Shown in pieces: positions 14,404 through 29,059 of a DNA stretch of 64,000 nt. The notes under the pieces were generated by a model that saw only the letters and a program-made list of their open reading frames with translations, did no database searches and was not told the origin of the DNA. Source of the DNA: the human T2T-CHM13v2.0 reference genome, Homo sapiens. The stretch is taken from NCBI RefSeq assembly GCF_009914755.1, contig NC_060944.1; one strand, 5' to 3'. The position numbers and the translations under genes are program-made. The stretch's first letter is position 1. Each line of letters begins with the position of its first letter.

Positions 14404-17355
14404 TTATTTTTAATTTTTGTGGGTACATACTAGGTATATATATTTATGAGGTACATGAGATACTTTAATACAAGAATGCAATGTATAATAATCACATCAT
14501 GGAAAACAGGGTACCCATCCCTTCAAGCATTTGTCCTTTGTGTTGTACTTCAGTTAATACTCTTTTAGTTATTTTAAAATGGCTATAGTCACCCTGTTAT
14601 GCTATCAAATATGAGGTATTATTCATTCTTCTTTTATATATATAATAGTACCTATTAACCATATATATTGTATCTATATGGTTAATTAATTATATATTAT
14701 ATATTAACATTATATATATATATATATTGTACCTATTAACCATCCCCACCCACCTCCCCACTGCCTCCTGAGTACTTTTCCCAGACCCTGGTAACCATTC
14801 TTTTATTCTCTGTCTACATGAATTCCATCGTTTTGATTTTGAAATTCCACAAATAAGTGAGAACATGTGATGTTCGTCTTTCTGTGCCTGGCTTATTTCA
14901 TGTAATATAATGACCTTCAGTTCCATCCATGTTATTGCAAATGACAGAATCTTATTCTTTTTTTCTTTTTTTTTTTTTTTTGCCCAGGCTGGAGTGCAAT
15001 GCGATTCTCCTGCCTCAGCCTCCCAAGTAGCTGGAACTACAGGCATGCACCACCACGCCCGGCTAATTTTTTGTATTTTAGTAGAGACGGGGTTTCACCA
15101 TGTTGGTCAGGCTGGTCTCAAACTCCTGACCTCAGGCGATCCACCCACCTCAGCCTCCCAAAGTGCTGGGATTACAGGCGTGAGCCACTGTGCCTGGCCA
15201 TCTTATTCTTTTTTATTTTGTTTGGCTGCATAGTACTCCATTGTGTATAAGTACCATATTTACTTTATCCATTTATCTGCTGATGAACTCTTAGGTTGCT
15301 TCCAAATCTTGGTTGTTGTGAGCAGTTCTGGAACAAACATGAGCGTGCAAATATTTCTTCAGTATACTGATTTCCTTTCTTTTGGGTATATAACCAGCAG
15401 TGGGATTGCTGGGTCATATGAGAGCTCTATTTTTAGTTTTTTGAGGAACCTCAAAACTGTTCTCCGTAGTGGTTGTACTAATTTATGTTCCCACCAACAG
15501 TGTATGATGGTTCCCTTTTTCTCCACACCCTCGCCAGCATTTATTATTGCCTGTCTTTTGGATAAAAGACAGGCAATAACAAATGGGGTGAGTTGATATT
15601 TTAACTGGGGTGAGATGATATCTCTTTGTAGTTTTGCTTTGCATTTCCCTGATGATTAGTGGTGTCAATCACTTTTTCCTATGCCTGTTTGCTATTTGTG
15701 TGTCTTCTTTTGAGAAATGTCTATTCAACTATTTTGTCCATTTTTTGATTGGATTAATATTTTTTTTCCTATAGAGTTCTTGAGCTCCTTGTATATTCTG
15801 GTTATTAATCCCTTGTCAGATGGGTAGTTTACAGATATTTTCTCCTTTTCTGTGGGTTGTCTCTTCACTTTGTTGATTGTTTCCTTTGCTGTGCAGAAAC
15901 TTTTTAACTTGATGTGATCCCATTTGCCCATTTTTGCTTTGGTTGCCTGTGCTTGTGGGGTATTACTCAAGAAATCTTTGCCCAGACCTATGTCCTGAAG
16001 AGTTTCCCTTATGAGTTTCCTCATAGCTTGAGGTCTCAGATTTCAATCTTCAATCCATTTCGATTTGATTTTTGTGTAAGGTGAGAGATAGGGATCAAGT
16101 TTAATTCTTTTGCATATGGATATTCAGTTTTCCCAGGACAAATTATTGAAGAGACTGTCTTTTCCCCAAGGTGTGTTCTTGGCACCTTTGTCAAAAATGA
16201 GTTCACTGTAGGTGTGTGGATTTCTTTCTGGGTTCTCTATTCTGTTCCATTGAGCTATGTGTCTGTTTTTATGCCAGTACCATGCTGTTTTGGTTGTTAT
16301 AGCCCTGTAGTACAATCTGACGTCAGGTAATGTGGTTCCTTCAACTACTTTTCTTTTTGTTCAGGGTGGCTTTGGCTATTCTGGTTTTTTTGTTGTTGTT
16401 GTTCCACATAATTTTTTTTAAATTTCTGTGAAGATTGTCATTGGTGTTTTGATAGAGATTGCATTGAATCTGTAGATTGCTCTGGGTGGTATGGATATTT
16501 TAATAATATTGATTATTTCACTCCATGAACATGGAATATCTTTCCATTTTTGTGTGTTGTCTTCAATTTCTTGCATCAGTGTTTTATATTTTTAATTGTA
16601 CAGATCTTTCACTTATTTGGTTAATTCCTAGGTATTTAATTTTATTTGTGGCTATTGTAAATGGGATTTCTTTTTTAATGTTCTTTTCAGGTTGTTCATT
16701 GTTGGCATATAGAAATGCTACTGATTTTTGCATGTTGATTTTGTGTCCTGCAACTTTACTGAATTTATCAGTTCTAATAGTTTTTGGTGGAGTGTTTATG
16801 TTTTTCCAAACATAAGATCATATCATCTGCAAATAAGGAAACTTTGTCTTCTTCCTTTCCAATTTGGATGCCCTTTATTTCTTTCTCTTGTCTTACTGCT
16901 CTAGCTAGGACTTTCAGTTCTATGTTGAATAACAGTGGTGAGAGTGGGCATCCTTGTCATGTTACAGATCTAAAAGGAAAGGCTTTCCTCACTCAGTATG
17001 ATGCTAGCTGTGGGTCTGTCATATATGGCTGTTATGTTGAGGTTCATTTGTTCTATATCCAGTTATTTGAGGGTGTTTATCATGAAAGGATGTATAACTT
17101 TATCGAATGCTTTTTCAGCAGCAATTGAAATGATCAGATACTTTTTGTCTTTTGTTCTGTAGATATGATATATCACACTAATTGATTTGCATATGTTGAA
17201 CCATCCTTACATCCCAGGGATAAACCCCACTTTGTCATAATGAATGATCTTTTCAATAAGTTGTTTAATGCAATTTGCTAGTATTTTGGTGAGGTTTTGC
17301 ATCAATATTCTTCAGAGATATTGGCCTGTAGTTTTTGTTTTGTTTTTGGTGTGTC
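14404..17355 (-). mobile_element. L1 (L1MA-like), 5'-truncated, 3' UTR plus ORF2 C-terminal remnant
   Basis: ORF track gives L1 ORF2 peptides (e.g. [34 protein letters not shown]); perfect 15-bp TSD TAACTTATTTGTTTT at 14389-14403 and 17356-17370. Confidence 0.93.
14957..15199 (-). mobile_element. Alu (AluS) with deletions, nested in L1
   Basis: Alu core; flanking direct repeat ATCTTATTCTTTTTT at 14949 and 15200. Confidence 0.92.
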
Positions 17356-17470
17356 TAACTTATTTGTTTTATGACTTTGCACAGGGACCTGCATAACTAG
17401 CCTCTCTAGCTGGGCGTTTGTGTGCTTTCCAGTTTTTCAAGATTGTGAGCAAGTTTTGATAAAAATACTC

Positions 17471-17574
17471 GTCTCGCTTCGGCAGCACATAGACTTAAAT
17501 TGGAACGATATAGAGAAGATTAGAATGGCCCCTGCACAAGGATGACAAGCAAATTTGTGAAGCATTCCATATTT
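17471..17574 (+). pseudogene. Retroposed U6 snRNA pseudogene, full length
   Basis: GTCTCGCTTCGGCAGCACATAGACTTAAATTGGAACGATATAGAGAAGATTAGAATGGCCCCTGCACAAGGATGAC...TTCCATATTT is close to U6; A-rich tail; TSD AAAAATACTC at 17461-17470 and 17584-17593. Confidence 0.95.
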
Positions 17575-18677
17575 AAAAAAGAAAAAAATACTCCTAACTA
17601 AATCTTTATGCTTATTATGTATATTTATTAGGATAACTTCTTTGAGGTAAAACTGATGGTTTATAGGGATGACACTCTTTTAATGAATTTGCTGTAATTA
17701 CAAGATTGCCCTCCAGAAAGGATATATGCACCCTTCTAACCTCTGCCCCTTCAGTAACATTGAGTAGTGTTCATCTTTAACTTAATAGGAGATACATTGT
17801 ATGTTAATATTGATTTAATTTGTATTTATAGAAGGAGCACATTTTCTTGTTTTGGGAAAGGATGTTTTCTTTTTCTTCTTTTTCTCGTTCCTTAATTTCC
17901 CCTTTTTGGCTAAACTTTTTCTATGTGATCCATTTTTTTTTTTAGTAGATAAACATGGAAGTACAGAGACTAATAGAACAACAATGCACCACCCAGAATT
18001 AACAAAGGTTAACATTTGAATATTTTTGCTTTAGCTTCTTCATTAAAAATGGGATATAATATGATAATAAAGTTGAAATATTATGAGTTTCCACTCTCAT
18101 CCACTCACCTCTTTCCTTATCCATAGGCATCTACTATCATCAATTTGATGGTATTTTCCAGTTTATGTTTTTCATATTTGTTTAATTAAAATTAGCGTTA
18201 GCTGTGACTCTTCAAAAATTCAAATTATGAGTGGCTTAAACAATATGGATGTTGATTTGTCACTTGTGTAAAAGTCCAAATAGGGGGTCTAGGGTGTGTA
18301 TGGTCCTCCACATAGTCAGCGACCCATGTTTCTTCCAACTTGTTGCTTTATAGTGGGTTGCCTTGGTCTCATAATAGTAGCAGCCTTATTCCAGGAAGAA
18401 CAGAAAAGGGATTATAAATATACTAGAATTAATAATTACTCATCTGTTATAATTAATAGCAATAATTACTTATTTTAATGATAATTTATTCATTAACTGC
18501 AAAACTGTATTTAGTTGTCTCCTGTGCAAATAAGACTGCAAGGAACATTCTTTTCCATATCTCCTACTCCACATGTGTGAGTTTCTCTTGGTGAATATAC
18601 CTAGAAGTGGAATTTTAGGGTTTTAAGGGATGACTATTTTTTACCTATACTAGATATTGCAAAATTTTTAAGCTTTC

Positions 18678-19150
18678 TCTGTTAGAGTATTTTTAACCAC
18701 AGGTAACAGACAATGGAATTTAAAGTGGCTTAAATAAAGAAAGCTATCAATCACCTCATATAATAAGAAGTCCAGAGGTAGAACTGCTCTAGATTTGGGT
18801 AATTCATTGACTCAATAGCTTTCCTCTTGGTCATGAAGAATCAGGCGCAGACAAAACCATGGCCAGAGGCGTTTATTCCTCTATGTCTCTTTTGAAGGGC
18901 AAAGAAACTTTCTTTAGAAATTTGTGTTAGCTACATTCTTTCATGTTTCATTGGTTAAAATTAAATCACATGCCAATGCCTAAATTGATTACTTGTAAGG
19001 GTCTACAAGACCATGATGATTGGCTGGGGGGCAAGGCTAATTTTGCTTAAAAAATATCATCAGGAGGAAGGAGATACCTGAAAAAAATATACCTTTAGGA
19101 AGGAAGAAGGGGAAGGTGGGTGTCAAGTCGGCAATCTGCAGTGTCTGCTC
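18678..19150. mobile_element. Old MaLR LTR (MLT1-like)
   Basis: TGTTAGAGTATTTTTAACCACAGGTAACAGA...AAAGTGGCTTAAATAAA pattern. Confidence 0.5.
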
Positions 19151-19754
19151 TGTCTCTAAAGTGGTTACTGCATTCCCATCATTAGTATTTGAGTTATTAA
19201 TTGTCAGGATTTTTGTTTGTTTTACCAATCTAATGATCAACACTTTGTTGTTGTATTCCTTAGAATTTTCTGTTTCTATTGGGTTGTACACCTTTTTAGA
19301 TATTTATAGACCCTTAGGCTTTTCTTTTCTTTGAAGTACCTTAGCTATGTTCTTTGCCTGATATTCTCCTAAGTTATTTGTACTTTTCTTATTGATTTGT
19401 AGCAGTTCTTTACATATTCAGGATAATAATTACTTGTATGTATACTTGTGTTGGAAGTTTCTTCCATCAGTGAATGGCTTGTGTTTTTACATTTGTTTGC
19501 ATTAAAAATGTTTTTATAACTTAAATATTTGTTTCTTGTGTCTTATTCGAAGAACCATTTTTTATACCAAAGTCATACAGGTTTTTTTTCTATTTCTTAT
19601 TGAATTTTAGGTGGATATCAGCCTTTGCTTGCTATATCCTAGCAGTTTTTAAAGTGATGGATGGACTCTTTCAAAGTGTCTGCAAGACTAAAATTATTTT
19701 TATAATGATATTAAGATGTCATTTGCCCTTTCCCCCATATATGTAGAATTGGGT

Positions 19755-20376
19755 CTTTTTCAACTTTTATTTTAGATTCACGGGTACCTGTGCAGGTTTG
19801 TTACATGGATATATTGAATGATGCTGAGGTTCGGGGTACAAATGATCTTATCACATAGGTCCTGAGCACGGTACCCAACAGTTAGTTTTTCAACCCTTGT
19901 TCCCCTCTCTCCCTTCCTTCTCTAGTAGTTCCCAGTTTCTGTGTATTCCCAGGTATTTTATTTTGTTCATGGCTATTGGCTTTATGCCTATGAGTATCCA
20001 GTGTTTAGCTCCCACTTCTAGGTGAGAACATGCAGTATTTGGTTTTCTGTTCCTGCATTAATTCACTTAGGATAATGACCTCTGGCTGCATCTGTGTTGC
20101 TGCAAAGATATGATTTCATTCTTTCTTATGGCTGTGTAATATTCCATGGTGTATATGTACCACATTCTCTTTATCCAATCCACTAGTGATGGGCACCTAG
20201 GTTGATTCCATGTCTTTCTATTGTGAACAGTGTTGCAGAATAGAAACTGGTAGAATGATTTGTTTTCTTATAGATATATACCCAGCAATGGGATTGCAGG
20301 GTAGTTCTAAGTTCTTTGAGAAACCTCCAAACTGCTTTCCACAGTGGCTCAACTAATTTACATTCCCAACAGTGCA
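19755..20376 (-). mobile_element. L1 3' end (L1PA16/L1PB-like)
   Basis: TTCAACTTTTATTTTAGATTCA...GTGCAGGTTTGTTACATGG typical L1P 3' UTR. Confidence 0.88.
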
Positions 20377-20379
20377 TAT

Positions 20380-20960
20380 ACAGGTCATTAACAAAATTAA
20401 CATAAAAGATACCACTTGTAACCTATCAAATTATAAAATAATGTCTTAAATGATAACTAATATAAGACAGAGTGAGTTATGACTCTGACTAGGAGTGTAA
20501 AGTGATAACTTTCTGGAAATATGTTGCAAAGACCCCACTAATCCATATATTTTTAACTCAGTAATTTCTGTTCTAGAAGCTAGCCTGAGGAAACTGTAAG
20601 AAAGACGTTCAGTGTAGAATTATTTAAAAGATAAAAAAGTGGAAGCAACCACATATCCATCAATAAAATACAGAATCAAGTTTTATCTATGGAGAGAATT
20701 ATTTTGTAACCATTTATGTGGTTTTTTTGTGATGACATGGAAATATATTATGTAATTGTGAGAAAATCAGCATATAAAACTCTACATGTCTTATGATTTT
20801 AATGATATTAAGAGCAAATTTGAAATGGAAAAAAGGAAAGAAACTATCAAAATGTTTACAGTGGTTATCTCTGAGTATTGTTATGCATATTTTAAAAATT
20901 AGCTTTCCAACTTTTTATGATAATATATATTGTTTTCACTAATACAAGTGTTATTAAAAA
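20380..20960 (+). mobile_element. Old L1ME-like 3' fragment
   Basis: Degenerate A-rich L1 ORF2 end/3' UTR motifs (AGATACCAC, CAGTAATTTCTGTTCTAG, CAAAATGTTTACAGTGGTTATCTCTG). Confidence 0.5.
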
Positions 20961-21199
20961 GGTCTGGTAGAGATTGGCTATTTTTCATTTCAGCCTTGAG
21001 ATTATTGGGAGTGGAGAGGGCCCTTTTATGAAATGAAGTCTCTTATTTCTTTGGGGAGGGAGTAGAACATTTGGTAGTGTGTCTTTCCCGATAGAAAGAG
21101 AGGAATGTGACCCAGCAGGGCCTGGGGCAGCAGATACTAACTCAGCTGGATTTCAAGAACAACCATTGGATCCTGATTTAGTGGAATGCACTCCAGACT

Positions 21200-21435
21200 G
21201 CTTAGTGTCATGGTTAAGGGTGCTAGTTTTGTAGCCAGAGTTTCTAGTTTATAGCCTAGTTCTGCCACTTGTGAGCTGAATTAAGTTTTGGGTAAATTAC
21301 TTAATCTCTGTGTGTGTGTTTCAGTGTTTCCATATATGAATTGGGAATAATAACACTCTCTGTGCCATGGAGTTTTTAAGAGAATAAACTGAATTATTGT
21401 GTTTAAAATTGTCAGCAGAGTATTCCCACATAATA
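21200..21435 (+). mobile_element. MIR
   Basis: TGGTTAAG...TCTGCCACTT...GGGTAAATTACTTAATCTCT. Confidence 0.7.
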
Positions 21436-21477
21436 ACCTCTTACTATTTTTTTAGTAAGTTTTAATAGGTCTTACTA

Positions 21478-22365
<888 letters not shown>

Positions 22366-23509
22366 AGTCTACTGACCTTTTAGATAACATAATATGCTTG
22401 GCTTTCTTATCCACTAACAGCAGCAATCTCAATTCTGTGTATTAGAACCATCTTAGGACTTTTTACTAAATGCAGATTATGAGTGACTTTTCATTTCTTT
22501 TGAATATTTTCTGTATTTTTCAATGTTGAAAACTTATTACTATAATGAAAAGTTTTAAATGAAAAGATAAACTTTTTTTGCAATGTATCTAGATATTCTA
22601 CAATCTATGAATGTAAGATTTCTATGTAGAATTTTAAAAATCTATTACACTCCTTCTTTCTTGGTTTGGTCATATTTCTAGTAGCACTGACCTCTAGAAT
22701 GAAAGAAAAGAAAGAAAAAAAAGATTCTACTCACAAATATTTCTATGTTAAATGTAGTGGTTCCTCAGGGCAAACCTTAGACACCAAATACAGCCTATAA
22801 AACTATGAAGTGTGATTTCCACTGGCTTCTCCTTAGAACTCTGGGTTGCAAACAACTGATGAGCAGCTGCTGGCTTTTACTGCTAGTGAACTTGAACAGA
22901 GAGCAGTTTCTATTCATCTGTCAAGAAGGACAGGCACACAATAAATTTTTGACTACATTTGATGATACAATTCATGCAAATAAACTTGCAAATAAGGCAG
23001 TGCTCTCAAGATTTCAAGAAATGGCCAAGGAGGCTGTTTTGCCCCTCCTCCCCAAAAAACTTTGGAGCTGCCACTGATCTCACACAAAGTCATCTCTTTG
23101 AATTAAACATGTCTTATTCTGAAAGATGCCAAGGCCTGGTCCATTGAAACATTCAACTTGTCTTTGCAGCTGTAATTTATTTCTTCTCTTTCTTCCCATC
23201 AAATGGGAAAATTGTTCATTTTAAAAAGCAAAGACCATTTAAGGTTTGAGGCAAAAAGAGAATGAAATATGGAAGTCAAGGGTCAGTTTCAAAAAGGAAT
23301 AGTACTTTATAACAATTTAGTTTACTTCTAAGTGGCAACTGTTGTTACATATATATAGGATAAAGTATGCAGGAGTAAATAGTGGATTGAATGTCACTGT
23401 GGTGACCCAAAGGAGTCAATGCAACCTCTCAAGTAGATTAACTTATTCTTGGGGACAGTTTATAAAATGGCAGATTTGGGGCTCAATATAATTTTTATTC
23501 ATTGAACAT

Positions 23510-24020
<511 letters not shown>

Positions 24021-24054
24021 CTTCACAGATAAGTTTTTGAAAAAATTGTAGTGA

Positions 24055-24365
24055 GGCCAGGCATGGTGGCTCATGCCTGTAATCTCAGCACTTTAAGAAG
24101 CTGAGGAGGGAGGATCGCTTGAGCCCAGGAGTTCAAGACCAGCTTGGGCAACATAATGGGACCTCATCTCTACAAAAAATTTAAAAAATTAGCCAGGCAT
24201 AGTGGTGCCTGCCTGTAGTCCCAGCTACTTGGCAGGTTGGGGTGAGAGGATCACTTGAACCCAAGAGGTAGAGGTTACAGTGAGCCAAGATCGCACCACT
24301 GCAATACAGCCTGGGCGACAGAGCAAGACTCTGTCTCAAAAACAAACAAACAAACAAACAAAAAA
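24055..24365 (+). mobile_element. AluJ
   Basis: Full dimer, (AAAC)n tail. Confidence 0.93.
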
Positions 24366-24429
24366 CACCTAGATTGAGAGATCATGAATAATTATCTGTA
24401 GGGGATTTTTTTCAGAGTTCACATGCAAA

Positions 24430-25550
24430 AATTAAGGGTGGTTATTACCAAAAAGACAAAAGATAACAATTGTTGATGAGGATGTGGAGCAAAGAGAACT
24501 CATGCACATTTTTGGTGGGAATGTAAACTAGTACAGCCATTATGGAAAACAGTATGGAGATTCCTCAAAATATTAAAAATAGAACTACCATATGATTCAT
24601 CAATCCCAATACTAGGTATATATCCAAAAGAAATGAAATCAGTATGTCAAAAGGATATGTGCACTCCCATAGTCATTGTTCATAATAGCCAAGATATGGA
24701 ATCAACCTAAGTATTCATCAATGGATAAATGGATAGCAAAGGCTGGGCATAGTGGCTCACAGCTGTAATCCCAATACTTTGGGAGGTCAAGGGGCAGGAT
24801 TGCTTGAGTTCAGGAGTTTGAGACCAGCCTGAGCAACATGGTAAAACCCGTCTCTACAAACATTAGCCTGACATGGTGGCACACACCTATAGTCTCAGCT
24901 ATTCAGGGTGCTGAGGTGGGAGGATCACTTGAGCCTGGGAGGTTGACGCTGCAGTGAACTGAGATTGCACGACTGCACTCCAGCCTGGGTGACAGAGTGA
25001 GACCCTGTCTCAAACAAAGAAGGGTAAAGAAAATGTGGAATATATACACAATAGAATACTATTCAGCTTTGAAAAAAAAATGAACATACTGTCATTTGCA
25101 ACAGCATGGATTAACGTGGAGAACGTTATCTTAAATGAAACAAGCCAGACACAAAAAGACAAATACCACATTATCTTACTTATATGTGAAATCTTAAAAA
25201 GTTGAATTCATAAAGGCAGAAAGTAGAATTGTGGTTACCGGTGGCTTGCTGGGCACAGGGTGGTGGGGGGTGGGGCTGGGGGCTAGGTTGGTTCAAGGGG
25301 TCCAAAATTTCAGTTAGGCGTGAGGAATAAGTTCAAGAGATCTATTGTACTGTGTGGTGACTATAGCTAAATAAAAATCTATCGTATACTTGAAAATCGC
25401 TAGGAGAATAGATTTTAATTATTCTACCCACAATCAGCGTGTGAGGTAATACATGTGTTAATTAGCTCAATTTAGCCATTCCACAATGTATACATATTTT
25501 AAAGAATAATGTTGTACATGATAAATATATACAATTTGTATTTAAAAAAC
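24430..25550 (+). mobile_element. L1MA-like 3' end, interrupted by AluJ
   Basis: GGTGGGAATGTAAACTAGTACAGCCATTATGGAAAACAGTATGGAG; L1MA 3' UTR. Confidence 0.88.
24741..25015 (+). mobile_element. AluJ nested in L1
   Basis: Alu consensus with J diagnostics. Confidence 0.92.
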
Positions 25551-25654
25551 AAGTAATGTTTTTTTAAAGGCAAGAAATGTCTCAGAAAGGGAAGGTAGGC
25601 AGCAAATTGATACATTTCAGGTTCATTGTTCAACTTTCTTTGCATCTGGAAGTT

Positions 25655-25860
25655 GAGTCCAATGGGTTTGGAATGTGGGAGATGTCTGACCTGCACTGCT
25701 GTCTGTAAAAAGAACTTGAATGAGTCACTTCATCTCTCCTGAGGATATTAACAGCTGCCCTGACAGCCTTGCTAGGTTGTTGGAGAGAGCAAATGAATTA
25801 TCATGGTTATCAAATCCTGTTGCAAGCTATAAAGTCCTCATTACTGTTAGTTATTGCTGT
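25655..25860 (+). mobile_element. MIR-like fragment
   Basis: CTTGAATGAGTCACTTCATCTCTC core-like. Confidence 0.45.
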
Positions 25861-27334
25861 AATCAGGCATCTTTTCTTTTAGAAAAGCATTTCAGGAATG
25901 CCTCCTTTTAGAAGATCACATTCTGCAGTTTGTTCCTCTATTTTTCACTACATTTTATTTAATGATACAGGTGTGTCAAATGTTTAGCATGGTGCCTGCC
26001 ATATGATCACACTGAATAGATTTTATTAATTATTACTTAATTTCTAGCAGAAGTCTTGGATTTGCAGAAGCAATTAAGGGAAAATATCTCACAGAAGGAC
26101 AGAAGCTGCCGAGTCAAGATCTGAAAAGCAGGGCTTCCTAGCTTTTCCTTGATGTCAAAGACCATAATAATACTGAAGAGAGTCTGGAAGTCGAATTGCT
26201 GTTTTCATTCTAATTTTAGTTTTCGGTGATAATCCCTTTCATTTATACTATCTACTTATGTACTTATGTGCCAAGGCCATTGAAAGTGGCTCTTTGAGGA
26301 CTGTGTTAAATGTTCTGGGGGCACATCTAGGTTTGATGAGAAGGAATGTCATGATCACTGCCTCCAGGAGGTAGTATTTGCCATCCCTAGCCTATTCTAG
26401 AAAGTTTATAAAATATTTTTGCTTCCATTTTTAAATCATACCCTCACTACCACCCTCTATATTTGCCAGGGGTTAGTTTACCACTGTGACGTGAGGAAAC
26501 TGACATTGTGACTCCTCTTTACCTCTGCATTTTTCTCACTAGACCATGCTGTGATGGTTTTGCCCATTCCTTCTCAGGTTTCAGGTTCTGTCTTGAAATC
26601 TAGAATGGAGCTGGATACATAATAGATGACCCATACATTTTTGCAGAATTAAACTTTAATGAATTGAAATTTCACTCCTAACCAAATGATACATGTTTAA
26701 AGATAAAAGCTCAAACTTCAAAATGGAGCTGCTGGTACTTCCCTCATTCTTCCTAAATACCAGAGATTTCAGTCGCTGTAATGCATGTCACTCCAATAGG
26801 TGGAAAGGGTGAACAGGGTCATTTAATGACCCGATACTGTTCTCAGATCATTTTTGTTAGAATGGCCATTGGACTAGGGAGGTGTCTAAAAACCATAAGG
26901 GCTGTGAACAGGATGCCAAAAACAAGCCAATAGCTGATGTGGCACCCAATGGGAATAGGGAGAAAAAGACTCAGTAGCTAGGCATTCTTGCTTCTTCCCA
27001 ATGTACTTTTCTGACATTTGGGCTTTTTCTGTTTTGCCCATAGCTCACCTTAACCTTTTAATTTTCTTTGTCTGTGCCCAGCACAAGTTTACTTTCTAGA
27101 GCCCATTTATTGACGTCTCTGGTTTATCTGCACATTTCACAATCTTTTCTAGCTGTTTAATAAAGGTCATGTTTATAGCTTTAGTATTGATGGTTTGCCC
27201 AGTAGGCCAAGTGTCAGCTTCTGTAATGTCCAATAGAATCCCTTCCCATAAGACAAAGTCCTAAGATGTTACTCAGGAGTATGAGTTTTTATAGATCCAA
27301 ATAATGACTTTTGGTCTTCAAAATATATCATATG

Positions 27335-27505
27335 TTAATAATAATAACTTACTACATTCCGATCATTGTTCCCAGCACTTTCTTAATCTTGATACCAACC
27401 AAGTGAGACAGGTACTTTTATTGTCCTACTTTTATAGATGAGAAAACAGAGGCACAGAAGTCAAGAAGCTGGTCCAAGGTCTCCTAGTGATTGCTGGAGT
27501 CAGTA
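27335..27505 (-). mobile_element. MIR
   Basis: TTTTATAGATGAGAAAACAGAGGCACAGA core. Confidence 0.7.
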
Positions 27506-28249
27506 TGCTATGCTACTTCCCATGTGTGCTATGTGTAACACTTATGGGTCAGGCCCTGTGGTAGCTAGCGGGATTTTGCAGTGAGCAAGACAGTTTTTAC
27601 CCTCTTGAGTTCAAGAGTTCCCTCAGAGAACCCTCCGCCCTCATTCCTACCATTCATGCCTTAATGGAGACGGCTTTTAAATGAAGCATTTGTGTAAAAA
27701 TTTCACAGCCCCAAGTTAACTTTGTATAGTATGGTTTAATTGCTCTATCTAGGTGCATTTCAGACCCCTACGAAAACCAAACTTGCATCCCCAGGAATCT
27801 TTGATCTCTTGGGCTAGAGGAAAAAATAACACCAAAAAGTTCCTTTGGGAGGAAGAGAATTAACGATAGATTGAAGCTTCTTAAAGCAATGAATTGACAC
27901 CTGTGAATGAAAACCAGATGTTGAAATCTCTGGGGAAAAAAAGATATGTAAATGTATACAGGGTATATAATGAACCTTAAGAGCATAGATAATAGTAAAA
28001 TGTAGTAAGATAGGAAGCGATGACTTTTGAGTATTCTTGTTTTTAATGTAATTTTTTAAACATATAAGTACATATAATTTAATTATTAATAATGACCATT
28101 TAACAACCAGCTCACAAAATTTCTGAAAACTTAACAGTTGGCTTTTGAGACCCAGTGGGAGCCGTCTGACACCTGTTTATTTATATACACAAAGAAGTTC
28201 AATTAACATTAGCCCTGAAGACTCATATCACTCAGCTCCACCTCTTCAC

Positions 28250-28580
28250 CTGGGGTTTGGAGGCAGATACACTTGAGCTCTAACTCTCACTCTATATTTT
28301 ATTAAAACTGCGACATCAGGCAAATTACTGTTTCTGAGCCTCCTTTTATTATCTGTAAATATAATATAATAATTGTGAACAATTATCTTGTGCCAAACAC
28401 AGTTGTAATTCAATGAATTTCTCAACGGGGAGATACTGTAATTCCTCATTTTACAGCTGTGGAAATAGAGGAGTAGAGAGGGTAGATAGCTTGCCCCACT
28501 GAGAAGTGAAAGAGGTGATATATGAACAAAGGCATTTTGGTCCTAAAACATGCCGTTCTAACCATCTCAATATACTGCCT
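28250..28580. mobile_element. MIR fragments (both orientations)
   Basis: GGCAAATTACT...TCTGAGCCTC and CTCATTTTACAGCTGTGGAAATAGAGG. Confidence 0.55.
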
Positions 28581-28688
28581 ACGTTATCAGTTATGAAGAT
28601 GAAATGACATAGCATATTTAATATGACTGGCTCAGTGAATTCTCTTCAATTCTCTTTTCCTTCTTCCTATTTAGAAAATAAGATTAGG

Positions 28689-29059
<371 letters not shown>

